64,000 nt of DNA from Oopsacas minuta. Taxonomy: Eukaryota > Animalia > Porifera. This document shows positions 49,074-61,924 of the stretch, in pieces (the stretch's first letter is position 1; each line of letters starts with the position of its first letter). Made by a program: the position numbers and the translations under genes. The DNA is taken from assembly GCA_024704765.1 (NCBI GenBank), contig JAKMXF010000307.1, positions 372,001 to 436,000 of the forward strand, written 5' to 3'. The notes under the pieces are model-generated. The model did no database searches. It saw nothing but the letters and a program-made list of their open reading frames with translations, and was not told the origin of the DNA.

Positions 49074-50719
49074 TAATATACAAAGAGCAAAAAGCTGCGG
49101 GAAATTTTGTGACTTCTTTATTTCGAAGTATAATGAATAATAGAGAAGATGCAAGGCCGATTAGAGTCTCGTGAAAGCCCTGGAAAATTCCTCAAAATAA
49201 GACCCATAGCCATTGTCAGGTTCAGCCAGTGACCTAACAAATGAAATTATTTGAGTGTAGCTCCCTTAAAAGATATGGACAGGAAACTGAGATTTGGTAA
49301 AATTACTTTTGGCCTAATCATCAACTGTAAAAGTAGGAGTTAGCCTAGCGAGAGAGGAAAGATTATTGTGGTTCAAGACCCCGAGAAATGTGCCTAATAA
49401 ATATTGTTTAGCGTCCAAGCAATAGAAACCGAAGAATTGCATTGGTGTTTTTAAGGTGTCCGCGGCGGGAGCACTCTACTTCTGTTCATGGGTCGTTTTA
49501 ACTGCTGAGGTTTATACGAAAAGTGTTAACTTGAAAACGGTGCGCCACTCCTACCTCGATTTGGCAAACCACGACAGGAGAGTTGAAGGTAAGTCTTGAT
49601 AATCTAATAGTTTTCGGATTACATTCAGTACTTTAATGGTACACTGAATAGTGATCATATGTGCTAACCGTCTAGGGATTCTTTCAAGCGTAACCACTGT
49701 TCATAATTCAGGGTTATAATCTTTAATTCCTAACAATTCACAAATTTTTCCTCGTTGTCATCCGTCTTCAAAACATGTTCTCTCTTATCAAGTATAATGA
49801 GCCAGATAGCGATCGATCAGAAATTTATGGTTTGACTTCCCTATCAAAGTCCAAAAGAAATGTCACTTTGTAGGGAATACAAGCCTTTTGTCCATGGATA
49901 TGTTTGGCAAAGTTTGTCAGGTATAGGTGAAACAAACACTAGGATTCACAAGGAAATTTACAAACGAAAATGCCCGGTTAGGGTCTGCTGCAGACACTAC
50001 GATTCCAATCAAACCTGGCCACTGGGAACATCGAGTTGTCCCTCCTGGCTAATCAGCCCCTGAGAAAATATATTACAAAGATTTCAGGTATTCTAAGGCA
50101 GGTTAACCATTGATGGGAAAATAACACATAATAATAGATAAATGTAGAATATAAATTGAGGATACAGGTTGCATATATTGATGTTCTTCGAAACTGAGAT
50201 GAACAAACAAGAAAGATTCCAGACTGAGGATCTGATTTGAGGACTAGAAAAAGGAATAGATAAGAAATTGGAATATAGGAACTTTATCAAAAATAGGGAC
50301 CAAAACTTAGGCCAGCAATCAACATATATTAATGCGGATACTTGAAAAACGGAAACTTAAACTTATGACATATCTATGAAACTTTTGCCCGGAATAAATA
50401 GAAAGTTCCCCCATTATTCCAACGTATAATTACTATAACACTAGATTAGTAAAATATTTCAATATTATCATTATATAAGTATAACACAGTTCACGCCTTG
50501 AGCTATAGGAATACTTCCACCATTGTAGGATTGAAGGGTGCGGCGAAATTTGCCATGGCACATACCTCTTTTTTGTCTCTTAGGGGAAGGTTCTCTGAGG
50601 AATTTTGTATTCATAAGATAACGCTAAAAATGTTGTATATTGAAATATCTTCTATGATTGAACTCCGATCATATTATGAGTGCCGCTCTCCTAGTGCGAA
50701 CAACAATCAGAGAAAGATA

Positions 50720-53700
50720 TTGAAGCCCGATGTACCCAAATTAAGTGGAGTTGATTGTTTCCATCAAACTGGGCCACTTATCATATAATCAGTTTTACCG
50801 ACCATTTCAAACCAGGTGGCACCAAGCAATATATGCATCTATCTCATCACTGTATGATAGATACCCATGGATTGAGTATTCGAAACGCAAAGATATTTAC
50901 TGCTATCATTGTATACATTTCACAGAAATGAGCCCATATTTGTAAGGCAAGGTATGAGAAATTTGAAGAAATGATTTGGAAACACAGTCCGTGACAACAA
51001 ACTGATCCAAAATGATGCCAGCATTAAGCATGTACAATGTGCAGACGTTTATGCACAGTATAAAGCTATTAAGTCGGGAGGTTTTCAAATCAGTTGCTGA
51101 ACCCCAGGACTCAGCACATGAGAAGCTAATTACGGAATATAGGATATATATCCGGATGTTAAGTGAAGTTTTTGCTCCACTGCTCAATGGAAATTGCCAA
51201 ACATGAGACCGGGAGATCATTTCGAGTGGATGATATCAACGAAGAGAGTCTCGATTTTGGTCCATCGTGCGGCAATTTAAATGGCATCCTTTATCCAATA
51301 TCTAGACATACTCCAGTTGTGGCTGATAAAATTTCCACTGGTCCAACAAATGCAAAGTGTGTTGGAGGTTATGATGATGCATCAGTTGCCTCTGGTATTT
51401 GGAATAGAGTTAAAAAGAAAATTCCTGAAAGATATTGCGGTGAAATGGCCTACGAAGGGCATTCGAAAAGTTTTGCCATTTGATATGAAACCATTGATTT
51501 GTTGGATATTTCCGCATCCATCTTTTCAGACATATTTTATTAGTCTACCCTGAAACTTTCATTCATTCTCTCTTCTACTTTTATAAATTAGATAATTTTA
51601 GAATACATGGCTTCTAAAATGTCTCAATCAAAACCAGATCTCGCACAACGTGATTTCGAGCAATGATTTTGATCTTATTCAAACTACAGGGGGCAAGGGT
51701 AGAAATATTATCCATGTGTCATCACCTGTAAGGATTTCGGAATAGCTCTTGAATTTCAATTAGCAAACCTTTAGAGCCTAATTTTACAAAAGTCTATGCG
51801 CGATAATTTTTGCTGTAAGTTCAAAGAATGGGGAACCATCGGGCACACAAATTCCTGACACAAGGCTCTTAGTGCAAAATGACAATAATGATCCCGACGA
51901 TAACTCGATTTCATACTCTAACTGAACATACGTAATATGAGGATCTTTAGTAAGGAGATCTAGCATTTCGTTAACATTTTCTTCATTATGTGAAATATTC
52001 GGTCTTCCTGAGCGAGGAGCATCTTCACAAGCAAAGTTTCCGTGAATAAATGCCCAACCTCCAAACAAAGTGCGGAAGCTAGATCTGTTAGAAAACAAAT
52101 ATGGCCGATTTTTTTCAGATCTAGTGGGTTTGTCGAAGCTGTTGCTCTCGAGGATAGAAAGACAGTTACTGCCGACTGGCATACTACAGTGTGCCTACCC
52201 AAAGTCATCACAGCAATTGAGACACAGCAGGAGAAGCCAGGCATTAGAGGATTCTTCTTCATCATGATAATGCATCACCGCATACGGAATCAGAACTCGT
52301 GAGTTTTTGCAAAATTCTGGACTCAAAACATTACCTCACCCACCCTACAGTTCTGATTTAGCCCCTTTCGACTTCTGGTTACCCCTAGACTCAAAGATCA
52401 ATTACGTGGGAGGAGATTATCGACTAATGAGGAGTTAAGAAGGGCACTTTTCCAAGTGATCGGAAACATACCCAAAGAAGAGTGGAAAAAATGTTTTGAT
52501 AATTGGTTGACCAGAATGTAAAATGCATTGATTGTCAGGGAGAGTTTTCGAATAATGTAATTGTCAAATTTGTGATTACTATCTGATATGTCGGTCAACG
52601 TCAAAGCTTTATAAGGCCCCCTCGTATGACATCCATTGCCTTTGTCACAAGTCAAATCTGGTAATTGTCGATGTTGTCAATTCAGTCAAATGCGTGGCCA
52701 ATATGTTGTCACTTTTCACACAGTTATACCCTTTTTGACTAATAGCACCGTTCATGTCAATGGGACAAAATACAGGGACAACATAAAGTAAAGAAGACCG
52801 AGTTAGGGAAGTTTCTGATACTCGATGGTCGTGCCAAGCGAAACAGTCTGACAGTGTGGAAAAGCATCGATATCGTTTATCAAGTACTGCATGATGTGAT
52901 TGATAACGACAATAACAACATCATACCACTAAATAACTGGCCACTTGTTACAGATAGATCACAGATTCATTAGATACCTTCTCATAACCAAGCATATTCT
53001 GAAGAAGCAAAATTAGATCATTTGTTAGCTTTTGCAGATATTCTTCATAAGCTACCAAATGATCTTAGTCGGACCATCAATTTAATTATGATGTTAAGAG
53101 TAGGAATATTTGACTGTAACTCGAGAGAGGTATATCAAAGGTTTGGGAAGAAGAAGAAGAAGAAGTAGGAAATCGTATAAACCTATCTGATAGTGCACCA
53201 TCTGTCAGACTAAAACAGGTACCACTACCCTTAGAAGATTAAGTCTGGAGGGAAATGTTGAAGAAGTTACAGGAGTAGGATTCAATGGATACTTTGGTGA
53301 TGTTTGTGAGATCATAAGCAAAGTTACTCTAGAGCTCAAAAGAGATTTAGCAAGAAAGACAGTGTCATGATGAGATCAATCAAATCTTTACGCCCTAACT
53401 CGACCAGTTTCATGGATGAAAATTCACTCAACCTCTTTGCAAAATTAGACAAGCCCGACGCCAGTGTTCTTTAATGTGAAGCTGACATTTTTTAACACTT
53501 AATAGAGAGAAAAGCAGACCAAGAAAGGGCTAAAAGTCTACTTGGATTACAAGCATAATAGACTATTGGGAGGTCATTTTTGAGCTTCATCGAATGCCAT
53601 GATTGCATACCCAATGCCAGTATCAACAACTAAATGTGAACAAATTTCAGCACAATTCGGCTGATGAAGAATGATCTCCTCTCATTAAAGAAACAAAACC

Positions 53701-53760
53701 GTTTGGATAGCATATTAATGCTAGGAATTCATCGTGATCTTGGTAGCAAGCTTGGCTCAG
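50720..53760 (+). pseudogene. hAT (ZMYM1-like, TTF zinc finger) transposase relic split by a mariner
   Basis: RYPWIEYSKRKD.YCYHC (TTF finger); GYDDAS..SG. The junction across the mariner restores EMAYDIHCLCHKSNL. DTRW; PVSTTKCEQ...RLDSILMLGIHRD. Confidence 0.75.
51453..52624 (+). mobile_element. mariner (DD34D) element with an internal inversion
   Basis: TA flanks; excision restores the hAT frame; weak TIR match (~16/25). The start and the C-terminal catalytic part are on plus, while EDAPRSGRP through ILTGDDTW lies on minus (~51690-52050). Confidence 0.85.
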
Positions 53761-54956
53761 ACACCGTAATAAGTGGATTCAAAGCAAAGTTTCCCCAATG
53801 TGTACTTTCCTTATAAGCGTAAATATATGGTAAGAAGTGTGAATAGTTAAATCTATCTACTAAAACAGTGCAGTATTCCTAGGATCTATTCGCAATTTTA
53901 CCCCCCTGTCTAGCACCCAGATTGGTGAGTAGGGGCTGATTATAAAAGTTTGAGGGTCTGAAAGTAACTAATTTGCAGATGTATCATATGATTAATCCAT
54001 AGCATTCTATACACTAAGGCAATGGCACTCTATTCAAATTCTGGCCCATGGATGGTAATTAACCTGGGCTTTCAAAATTTCAGTAATTGTTATTATGTCT
54101 TTCAACGCTATTGGAAAGTACTCTAATGTAACATTTGATATAGTCTAATAATTCACAACCTCCCAACACAATTATAATTACCATATTATAATACTTTAAT
54201 ACTAGAAACACAATCCATCATTCACAATACAGTACTAGATAATAATTCATTTACAGTGAAACCTCCCAAAGCGTAGTCGTTGAGCCCCCAAGATTCGGTC
54301 TCCCACCTCGTGAGGTTCTACTGTATTGTCTGGCTCCTTGTTCTCTCATTCTCACCACTCGTCTGGCAGGCATGCTGTAATAATTGAATACCTTAATCTT
54401 AAACCAAATAACAAAAAAATTAGGTATACTTTTCAGCTTAGTATTATCTCTATTTAAGACCAAGACATTATAATTGCGAACCCTCTTGGAAAGGATGATA
54501 TTAGACTTGTAAAACACAATTTCCTCAATAACTCCCAATTCCAGGCACAACAAAACACCAATCTTTCAGATATCACTGTATCTATCTTCAATAAGACTCA
54601 TATATATACCAACAAGCTACGGGATCGTCCACTATAAAAATCCTTGCTTAGGGACTCACGCTTGTTAATTTGAATAAAGATTCACATAAGAGAATCACAC
54701 ATTTCACCATATACCTAAAAGGATAATTACGAGAGCCTCTAATCACTAAGTCTATTAAAGTATATTGGGATCCGATATCATTGTTAACTTCAAGAAGTTT
54801 ATCTGAAATTAACAGTCGGTGACAAGATAGACAACCATTAGACTTCTTACTGTAAGAAAGACTGCATATCCTGCAATATAAACAAGACATTCTAATTGGG
54901 AGGTTTCTATTCCAGGGAGTGAGATATCGTTCAATTTGGTGAGATAATGTTCTATA

Positions 54957-56268
54957 CAGGGTGGCTTTTAAGTTCTGTCCCATGCAAAAACTACTATTTA
55001 TCAATATATATATATAGCTTGGTAATGATATTTATTGCTCTAATTTATGATTCTGAGACAAAACATATTTCGCGAATTTTATTCAATATAGCCTCCCTCA
55101 TTTTGTATTACACGTGTAATTCGATCTGGCAAGGCCTCAATAGCAGCACGGAGGGTTTTTTGGGGATTTTATTCCACTCTTGGCAAAGTTTCCTCTTCAG
55201 TGACTTGATACTTGTGTGAGAGTTAACACAAGCTTTCGTCTCGAGAATTGACCACACAGAATAATCCATGGGATTCAGGTCAGGACTGTAAGAAGGCCAT
55301 TCTTCCTTAGTTATAAAACCAGGAAAATTGTCATGTAACCATGACTGGGTAACATTAGAAGTGTGTGCTGGCGCCCCGTCTTGCTGGAAAACAAATGAAG
55401 TACCTCCGAACATGTCTCGGCCTATATTCTTCAATACTGGCTCCAAAACCATTTCTCGATAATTAATTGAATTGATTTTTACCCCTTGTGGTACAAAAAC
55501 CAATGGTGTCCGGCCCATTTTTGACACCCCTGCCCAAACCATCACCGACTTAGGGTTCTGTATTCGGCTAACATATCTGAACTTCTCGTCGACTTTGGAA
55601 GGAGATGATGCAAGTATACGATCATTTTGTACATTGGTTGCCTCCTGGATAGTGAATATTTTCTCATCTGAAAATAATATTTTTTCTAGATTTTCAACAG
55701 CGTACCGGCCCAACGCACCTTTGCATCTTGCAACCCTTTTTTCCTTTACCAATTGAGAAAGGAAGTGTACCTTCTTACGCTTGAATGAACTCATCCCTAA
55801 ATCCCTTTTCACAATTTTAGTCATTGCACATCTTGATACTTTCAGATCTAGAGCCATTTTCCTTATGGAACGTCTAGGATTTCGGCGAATTCGCTGGGCG
55901 ATGACTTTCCCTAAGCTGGGGGTGGTTACTGAGCACGGACGGCCTGATCTCGCCCTATCTTCAACTTTTCCAGTATCTTTGTATCGTCTAATAGTGCGGT
56001 ATACAAATTTCCTTCTGTTTAGAGGGAGTTTCAGGATCTTCAAAATTTCCCTTGAAGGATGTCCTTTTGTAAATAATTCTACAATTGCCGACCTCTCACG
56101 TTCCATCACTAATAAAATTGAAATTTCTCTACAATCGTACTCTGAAACTGTATATTTATGTTAAATACAGTAGAATAGGGTAAACTAATAAGATATATCT
56201 AATAGCAAAGACTCAGCATGGAAAAATGGTTCTTATAAATCATGGGACAGAACTTAAAAGCCACCCTG
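54957..56268 (-). mobile_element. Young DD37D element
   Basis: Perfect 28-bp TIRs cagggtggcttttaagttctgtcccatg; TA TSDs. Confidence 0.97.
55079..56106 (-). pseudogene. DD37D transposase with one -1 frameshift near the C-terminus
   Basis: FSDEK, FQQDGAPAH, 37 residues, PMDYS. One extra A in the A6 run near 55165 would give ...KKTLRAAIEALPDRITRVIQNEGGYIE*. Confidence 0.9.
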
Positions 56269-57829
56269 TAATATCAACATTATGTATTATGTGGAAAAGA
56301 CAAACGATATTACAGTATCTTTGCAAGGAATATGTGAACGAATGAGAAGAGAATTTGAAGGACCCGGGGGACGAATCGCAAAATAGATTTATTTGTCACT
56401 CAGAGGGCTGTTATGTATATGAATAAGACTTACGTAGTGGCCTTTTAAATTACCTTAACAACAACAGTCTACTCTGGTCATAGCGAAGTACTCGTGCTCG
56501 AGTTTCATTTAGTTGTAAGCTGAGTAAAAATCATTACCTATAGCGCAGGTTCTCAATCTCTATTTGAGTGAGTCTTTAGAGTGAAGGGAAATTATTCTAT
56601 CTAATACTGAGATTTGTGCAACATAGTCCACTTGCAGATGAGCTGCTAGAAGCTCCGCATCGGAATACATGAGTGAAGCCAAGGAACACAAGCAATAAAT
56701 GGGACTACATGAGTTTCTCAGATTGTTACGTAACTCCGAATCTGATTTTCCTTACCTAAGAACTATAACTGATTGAAACCTAGTATCATTTCTATTGACT
56801 ATGTGAATTGCCATTGTGCACAAAATATCCTGGAAACCTTCTTACGATTTCTTTATACGGGAATCAAGTAAGAAAAAGCGATGGAAAAGAATGTAAATCT
56901 CACATTCTAGACAAGCTGAGCATTAAAATGGAGCAAGAACAGTCGATAAGAAAAATTGTTGTCTGAAAAAAGTTGTGAGCATTCACTTAAGGAAATTCAA
57001 GGAAGTTAGGTGGATATAAGCAGAGACGACGCCGCCTCAGTGACGCCTAACCGGTGCCTATAATGTTAGAGGGGGCACACCGAAATCCTAACTCGGTTAA
57101 CAAACAAATATTTACATTGTAAGGATATTTAAAAGTGAATAAACCAACTTTGTAAGATGCTGTTGAGTCATCATGACACAAAAATATGAAAGATTTTACC
57201 ACTTACATGTTTCTTTTAATGTGTTACAGAATAAGGGATCCCGCCTTTGAATATATGTTATTGTCAAAACGTGTCATCATGTAATACTATTTTGTGGTAC
57301 CGACAATACTTCAACGTTACAACTCACGAAAGTGACGTAAATTCGGTCCGAAATTTTAAATAAGTTATGTACGGGAGATGAACTTATTGTGATATAATAT
57401 TATATTAGACAAAGATGCGAGAGATGCGTGCGAGGCGTGCAGAATTTACAAGTTACAATTTGAACTCATATTTCACAGTACTACGTAAACAGTTTTTCAA
57501 TAGGGGTATATAGTAACCGTTTTCTAGTTTGATTGCCTTATATCTGACATGCTCTTATAACCAACACAAAATGATCATATATTCGGTATCTAATATATTA
57601 AGATTCTCCTAGGGTACATTGAAATTCCAAAGTGAGGTTATAAGTTACTCACCTTTGGGCGAAACTATTGATGCACAATAAACCCCAAATCTTGACTTCA
57701 CTCTCTTGACCACGTGTATATAACGTCTGAAATAACTAAATGAAGATATAAATAACACCGGCTATGAATTTAAAACAACATGAAGATCAAACGAATGCTA
57801 GCTCGTGAATAAGTTCTAAAACCAAATTT

Positions 57830-58083
57830 TGAGCAACGCTATTAGTTTTGATTGAATAGAAAACACCAAAGGGGGATCTATCGCCAAACTCCGGAGTCGA
57901 AGGTGGCTTGAGAGATGTCATGGGCAACATTGAAGAAAATTAGTTTAAGGTAGCTATACAAGCTTGTTTGAAAGAATGATGGCATGTATCCAAGCCAAGT
58001 GATGTTATTTCGAACAAATACTTATAATAAGATCACCTGTTATACCTTAGATTGTTAGGCTCAAAAATATTGAGTGCCCCTCG
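57830..58083 (+). pseudogene. mariner 3' fragment
   Basis: Decayed C-terminal-like sequence followed by a TIR-like end tgagtgcccctcg|ta. Confidence 0.4.
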
Positions 58084-58504
58084 TACTATATGCTAACTGC
58101 TCATTACTATATTATAGCCATCTATAACACTGGCACCAAATTTTGAAGGTATTTTACTTTGTGGACACTATATATTGCCTTATGTACTATGAAGTATGCT
58201 GAGTGGGGATATGAATACCATACTCTATCACATATCAATTTTTAAATTCAAAATCAAAATGGGAAAAGTTCAACAATTCGCATAAGTACATGACCTAAAT
58301 GAACTAGTCATGTAAAACCTCCGAGAGCACATATAAAGTGAACAAGTTGCGTATAGGCTAAATTGGTCATTTTACTAAAGAAATCGAGACTACAAATACC
58401 AAAAATGAGAAAAGATAAAAGATAGTAAAATGTCATATTATACCATGTTTAACCAATACACAGCTAATTCCTATAATCAATGAATTCAAACATAACTGCT
58501 AGTG

Positions 58505-58554
58505 TGTATGTATGTATGTATGTATGTATGTATGTATGTATGTATGTTTGTATG
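58505..58554. repeat. (GTAT)n microsatellite, about 10 perfect units
   Basis: Read directly from the sequence. Confidence 0.97.
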
Positions 58555-59117
58555 TTTAGTATAGATTGAAGAAACTGGAAGCCCACCATCGCTGATTTCT
58601 TCGAAATAGCACTATGAGGATAGTCAAGTTCGAGTCTTGGAAGAAAGTTCAAAACTATAACGAAATTATGAGATCATTGTCACCTTTTGGTGCATCGAAG
58701 CACATGATATCATGACGTCATCACTTTTACCAAATGCAAATTCATATGGAATTATAACGTCATCATGAATGTACAAATTCAAAATTTCCATATTTCACAT
58801 AATTTAAGAATCTAAGATTTCCAGAGACTATATATGTTGAGAGAAAGCCTCTACAAAATTTAGAAATTTGGAGAATCTGTTTACTCTATATACATAAATC
58901 AACAATCAATAAATATAAACATGAGGAACTTGAAAATGAGAAATATAAATTCAACGTACTTGAAAATCAATGAACATTATTTATAACCCAGTCTATTCCA
59001 TTATGCATACTTTTCAATTATTTGTTTGGTTGATATTTATAAAGGCAACAAGAAAGATTACATATAAGATAACTGAAAATAAGAAATTCGGATTTAGCTC
59101 ACTTGATAACCCATGTA

Positions 59118-60409
59118 CAGGGTGACTCATAAATACTGTTACTGATATACTATCTAACAATATTCTATATTTCATATAGGAATTCTGTATAATATTATGC
59201 TATAATTCATTCTAGATCTTATACTCTAAAATATTTATTCATTATGGCATTTGGACACTAATCAATCGATTTTTTACTGATTAGCAATGGAACTTCGGCG
59301 AGCAGTTGATATACAGCTTTATGAGGCGAGAAATTCCAAGGTTAAAATCGCTAAACTACTAAAAACGAATTAGATGTTCATAAACCGGTCTTTGTTTTGA
59401 TACAATGATACCGGATTGATGACTGACAGACGTAGACCTGGTCGTCCGCGAATTGTAAGGACCTTTTCTAAGATAAGTCGTGCATCCCAGAGGTTCCGCT
59501 GAAATCCTTCAAGAAGCATCGGAAAAATGGCCAAGGAGATACAAATTAGTAGGGAATCAATGAGAAGAATTGTATGAAGTGACCTATAGATGAAAGCCTA
59601 TACATTGAATAAGTGCCAGCTTCTTAGAGAGCAAAATAAGAACAAGCGGTTACAAAGATGTAAAGAATGGTTTCGCGTTACAACAACCACGCCCATAGAG
59701 ATTTCCTCTTCTCAGATGAGAAATTGTTCACTGTAGAACAAGTGTTAAACTCCCAAAACGATAGAATCCTTGCTACTGCGAAAAATAATCTCCCTAAATC
59801 TAGAGCTAAAAATCCAGCTTCAGGAATGGTGTGTGGAGGCATCACATTTGATGGTCGGACACCCCTTGTTTTCATTCCCCCAGAGTCTAAAAATCAATCA
59901 AACAGTATACCATGATTTGATACTGAAGAAGGTTGTCAAACCTTGGCGTAAAAACATTATCAAAATAGAAAATGGGTATTCCAACAAGACTCAGCACCTG
60001 CCCATAAAGCGAAAGCGACACAACAGTGGTGCAAAGAGAATCTCCCAAGGCTAATTTCTGCCGATGAGTGGCTTTCTTACTCCCCTGACAGTAACCCTCT
60101 CGATTATTCAGTATGATCCATTTTAGAGAGCAAGGTCAACTCTAAAAAACACTATAGTATTGACGAGCTAAAGAAAACCTTGTCTCGAGAATGGAAGAAT
60201 ATTCCAGACTGTGACATTTGTTCTAGCGTGGACTCCTTCCCTACTCATATTGTTAGGTGTATTAAATGCCGAGGGAGTATATTCGAATGATACTCGAAAT
60301 ATATTCTATGTAGAGATTCTGACAATTGGAAGAAATTTCATGTCAACAGCTTCAATATTATATATTTTATACATACAACAATTGGTAACAGAATTTATGG
60401 GTCACTCTG
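59118..60409 (+). mobile_element. Dead DD37D element, copy B
   Basis: TIRs cagggtgactcataaatactgtt / aatttatgggtcactctg; TA TSDs; same stops as copy A at 31248-32556. Confidence 0.92.
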
Positions 60410-61225
60410 TATATTTGTTGAGCATATGATAACATGCTGAAACCTAACCTTTAGTATTGTTTTGAATTTAATCAGCAATTTATGGAAATATGATTAATCA
60501 CCCAAAAGGTGGGTGTATATTCACATTAGGAAATTTTCCATTGTCAGGACCACAAATCAATTTACTACAGTATATCTTCCAAATCTCAGTCTTAATCTCC
60601 AAAATTGCGAACAGGAGAGTGAATAAATATATAAAATACATACATATGCACGGATTAAGAATGTCAACCATTTTAGAACTGTGATACAATACTATAGTAT
60701 TGTCGATAAAATATATAAAAAACCGTATGCCGAAAACAACATAAATTTCTATCTATCAAATCTGGTTTTATGAAAAGGGTCAATTCTATTTTGGCAAAGT
60801 ACAACAATTTTCTCACAGTTATATAAATGGCTTCATGATTTTGAAATCTGTAATGCATGCATACTTTCATAATGGACAAATGAAGGCATGGTGCAGGATG
60901 CAACAATTGCTGGGATATCTACGATACGTATTTTGTGCAGACAATGAAGTGTACCAGTGTTATCTTCGTAGCGGATTCAAATCCCCACTATAACATAGTT
61001 CACTCAAAAAGTATGGGTTCTATTTGGAAAGAACCATACCAGTGCAAATAGGAAACTTGGTACATATGATATCATCACTCATAATCACGAATCTTTAATG
61101 ATAAGTAGCCAATTTTACATCATAGTTTTGGTTCAAGTATATTATCAATATTTCCTACAATAATTGTGATAACAACTTATCATTTATTCAAATTTACATC
61201 TCACTTGGTACATTGCATATATCCA

Positions 61226-61400
61226 CTTGGGGCATTCAACATGTTCTAGGCTCATTACATTAAAATCATAGATAAGATCAAAATTAAGATATTTTTCTTT
61301 GTATATTCGAAATATTCGCCATTAAGCGAGACACATAACTTTAACCTTAATATCCACATCAGAAATGGTTTTGTGAACTCTTTTGTGAGTATGTTTTTAA
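61226..61400 (-). pseudogene. mariner C-terminal fragment with TIR-like end
   Basis: KPFLMWILRLKLCVSLNGEYFE followed by ...gttgaatgccccaag. Confidence 0.6.
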
Positions 61401-61411
61401 GGGCATTATGA

Positions 61412-61924
61412 GGCTCATATCCGAGTGCAAGTCTTGCGTCAGAAACCTTGCCTACCAAGTGCTTTTTGACTAAACTGAAAAGCCAAATATCACATGGCTA
61501 TAGATATGGGCTATATGGAGGGTGGGGCAACTCAATCATTCCCATTTCACTCTGCATTTCACCGAGTAATAGACACAACTCTTCCTTTCAATGTTATGAC
61601 AGTTACGGATCCTTCACAACCTGGACAGATTTGACTTTTCTTACAAATTTTGATTTAAGTTGCCAAAGCGCCATTAACTATAAATTCACTGCACGAGATA
61701 TGTCAATTACGAAACCAGGAGAACGAGACTATAGAAGAGCTAAATGGAAGTTTCAGACATTAACCCCATTTCTCGTTTTAGAAACATGGCCTCTAAAAAA
61801 TTTTTCAACTCTAGAAAGCATTATCGAAACAAAATTATCAATCACATGCAAGGATGAACTAATTACTTACAGATTGCTTGGATACAGTCTACTGTCAAGA
61901 AGTGATTTCAGTTTTCAAAATTAG
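61412..61924 (+). CDS. Unknown open frame of about 170 codons, possibly a host exon
   Basis: Long stop-free frame in AT-rich DNA with no transposase motif recognised; no ATG start. Confidence 0.3.
   Translation, partial: GSYPSASLASETLPTKCFLTKLKSQISHGYRYGLYGGWGNSIIPISLCISPSNRHNSSFQCYDSYGSFTTWTDLTFLTNFDLSCQSAINYKFTARDMSITKPGERDYRRAKWKFQTLTPFLVLETWPLKNFSTLESIIETKLSITCKDELITYRLLGYSLLSRSDFSFQN

Larger units (their letters stand above)
54380..56330 (-). pseudogene. P-element/THAP9-like transposase C-terminal relic, interrupted by the DD37D at 54957-56268
   Basis: The junction restores HNVDIIEHYLTKLND, followed by QLECLVYIAGYAV...GCLSC...YTLIDL..RG...YP, matching the remembered YIAGY...CxxC...RGgLxxPS pattern of P-element C-termini. 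Confidence 0.55.

Noticed and set aside
2545-56164. Many ORF-track entries antisense to or overlapping transposases (e.g. 2545..2817, 12877..13206, 15045..15308, 22868..23176, 33634..34167, 55472..55756, 55781..56164)
   Set aside because: Shadow ORFs of transposase coding sequence with no independent motifs.
59287-59580. Recurrent TGA/TAG at conserved positions suggesting stop-codon reassignment or readthrough
   Set aside because: The same elements carry frameshifts, the TGA codons are explained by CGA deamination, and the intact ORFs (NF-YB, 33139-34170) need no reassignment.
60965-60995. tRNA T-loop-like ggattcaaatcccc
   Set aside because: No acceptor stem, D arm or anticodon arm could be folded.
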